Shown here in pieces: positions 62,198 to 63,598 of a DNA stretch of 63,598 nucleotides. The notes beneath the pieces are model-generated. The model was not told the DNA's origin and did no database searches. It worked only from the letters and a program-made list of their open reading frames with translations. The DNA is from Rhynchobatus australiae. Taxonomy: Eukaryota. Position numbers and translations under genes: made by a program. Each line of letters begins with the position of its first letter. Position 1 is the first letter of the stretch. The DNA is taken from contig JAUZTB010000127.1 in NCBI GenBank assembly GCA_034780895.1, positions 17,026,790-17,090,387 of the forward strand, in the 5' to 3' direction.

Positions 62198-63075
62198 AAA
62201 TAAAAACGGAGGATGCTGGGAATACTCAGCAGGTCAGTCAGCATTTGTGGGGTAAGAAAAGGAGAGTTAATCCCCCAAGTTGATGATCTAGTTCTAATAT
62301 AGACTGGACTGNNNNNNNNNNNNNNNNNNNNNNNNNNNNNNNNNNNNNNNNNNNNNNNNNNNNNNNNNNNNNNNNNNNNNNNNNNNNNNNNNNNNNNNNN
62401 NNNNNNNNNNNCAGCTTTATTGGAATAGTGGAAGAGGCCAAAGACTGAGAAATGTGAGTAGGATAGACAATCAAAGTGACAGGTAGTTGGAAGCTCCAGG
62501 TCAGTCTTGTGGTCTGAGTGGAGGTGATCTTCAAAGCAATTACCCAGTGTGTGCTTCATTCTTCCAAAGTGGATGAGAGCACATTGTGAATATAGACTGT
62601 AATGTACTGGATTGGAACAAATACTGGGGCACCCTGGGTTATAAATGATCTGACTTGTGTAAATCTGACTTCATGCAAATTGTTACATCCAAGCATTTTT
62701 CATGCTAGTAACAATGATAATAAAATGTTTGTTTTTATATACATTCCATTAGTTCGATCACAGGTAGTGTTAAGATGATTTAATGAAATGAAAGAATTAA
62801 AGCAAGTGTGTATAGAGAGATGATCTGGGTTGCTGTAGAAAATGGACACTTCTGGCTTGTATTTATGGACAGTTCCCAGGAATCCAGGGACTGCCTGTAC
62901 AAGTGAATTGCTAATTCATCTGGAAGGAATGTTTGGGTCGCTAGATGGTGGGAGGGGAAGAATGACCAGGCATTCAGTGAGGGAACAATTCTTTTGGAAT
63001 GCTGAAAGGAGAGCAGGCAAGGTAGTTTCTGGTGCTGGCATCATGTTTATGGTGGTGGAAAGAGATTTCTGCTCT
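62198..63075 (-). mobile_element. Penelope-like element 3' portion (GIY-YIG endonuclease remnant plus terminal region), split by a MITE
   Basis: Minus frame QFTC|ICSNPVHYSLYSQCALIHFGRMKHTLGNCFEDHLHSDHKTDLELPTTCHFDCLSYSHFSVFGLFHYSNKA resembles the Penelope EN pattern FTC.S.N.VY.I.C..C...YIGET.R.L..R..EH....PVA.HF; Penelope-type tail at 62200-62250. Confidence 0.8.
62624..62897. mobile_element. Tc1/mariner (Tigger/pogo-like) MITE with TA target-site duplication
   Basis: TA(62622-3)-ctggggcaccctgggtt ... aatccagggactgcctg-TA(62898-9) imperfect TIRs; removing the element restores the Penelope reading frame. Confidence 0.7.
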
Positions 63076-63598
63076 TGATGTTGGCAGATTTCAGTGCTTT
63101 AGAAAAAACTTCTCCAAGTGATTTCACAGTTAGAGCTACTGATGCACATCTGCTGGTTACAGGTTGCAGCCCTTCACTGATTTATCCTTTGTTTGGAAAT
63201 CAATTTCAATTGGGGAAGAATCAGATACTCTTTTATATAAAGGAGGCAACATAAGAGGTTGTTTATTCCTCAGACCTGAACAACTCACTTGTGCACCACT
63301 TGTTTCTCTTGGTGTTGATTTTGATTGAGGTCACTGTAACACTATATATTGCTGTATACAGAAAATAACCTTCTTGCAGATTGAAATTGGGCTATAGTTG
63401 TTTTCTGTTGTACATTCACCATGAAAACCATCTCAGCATGTTCTGTCTGACTCCGGTGACTCAAGGTTTGATTTAATGGAAGGAGAGAGCTTTGGCAAGG
63501 AATTCCTAATGTTAGGTCTTAAATGGTTGCTTGTACTGGGGGGCGAGCCGGGGGGGGGGGGGGATGTGAAATAAGGACGGAATCATGTTTGGATGAGC

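Noticed and set aside
61858-62559. 233-aa minus ORF overlapping CPPED1 exon 2 as an antisense gene
   Set aside because: A chimera of Penelope endonuclease remnant, an N gap and the antisense of exon 2.
1-63598. A novel multi-gene system (prokaryotic-style operon, defence island, endogenous virus)
   Set aside because: No intact long ORFs or operon structure; all recognisable coding signal is CPPED1, one orphan exon, or decayed transposon proteins.

Overview
Eukaryotic, repeat-rich, gappy (many N runs) vertebrate DNA. The repeat complement (CR1/HER1-type LINEs, V-SINE/HE1-like and Deu/SacSINE1-like SINEs, Penelope, RTE, Rex1/Babar, Harbinger remnants) points to a cartilaginous fish, probably a batoid (inference). 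One gene is firmly identifiable: the 5' part of CPPED1 (calcineurin-like phosphoesterase) on the + strand. Coding exon 1 (31503-31572) lies in a CpG-rich promoter island, followed by a 30.3-kb intron 1 and coding exon 2 (61874-62092); the rest of the gene is beyond the window. A possible terminal exon of an unidentified upstream gene sits at 205-417. The remainder is mostly decayed transposons, including a near full-length CR1 LINE (~4650-8452) with a nested LTR. I found no convincing novel multi-gene system. The most interesting observations are a U_UUA_AAC slippery heptamer at the CR1 ORF1/ORF2 junction, decayed minimal hammerhead ribozymes in Penelope-derived repeats, a ~470-bp degenerate foldback 2 kb upstream of CPPED1, nested insertions, and a Harbinger Myb/SANT relic. 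Repeat boundaries are approximate, and all family assignments come from recognition by eye, not database searches.
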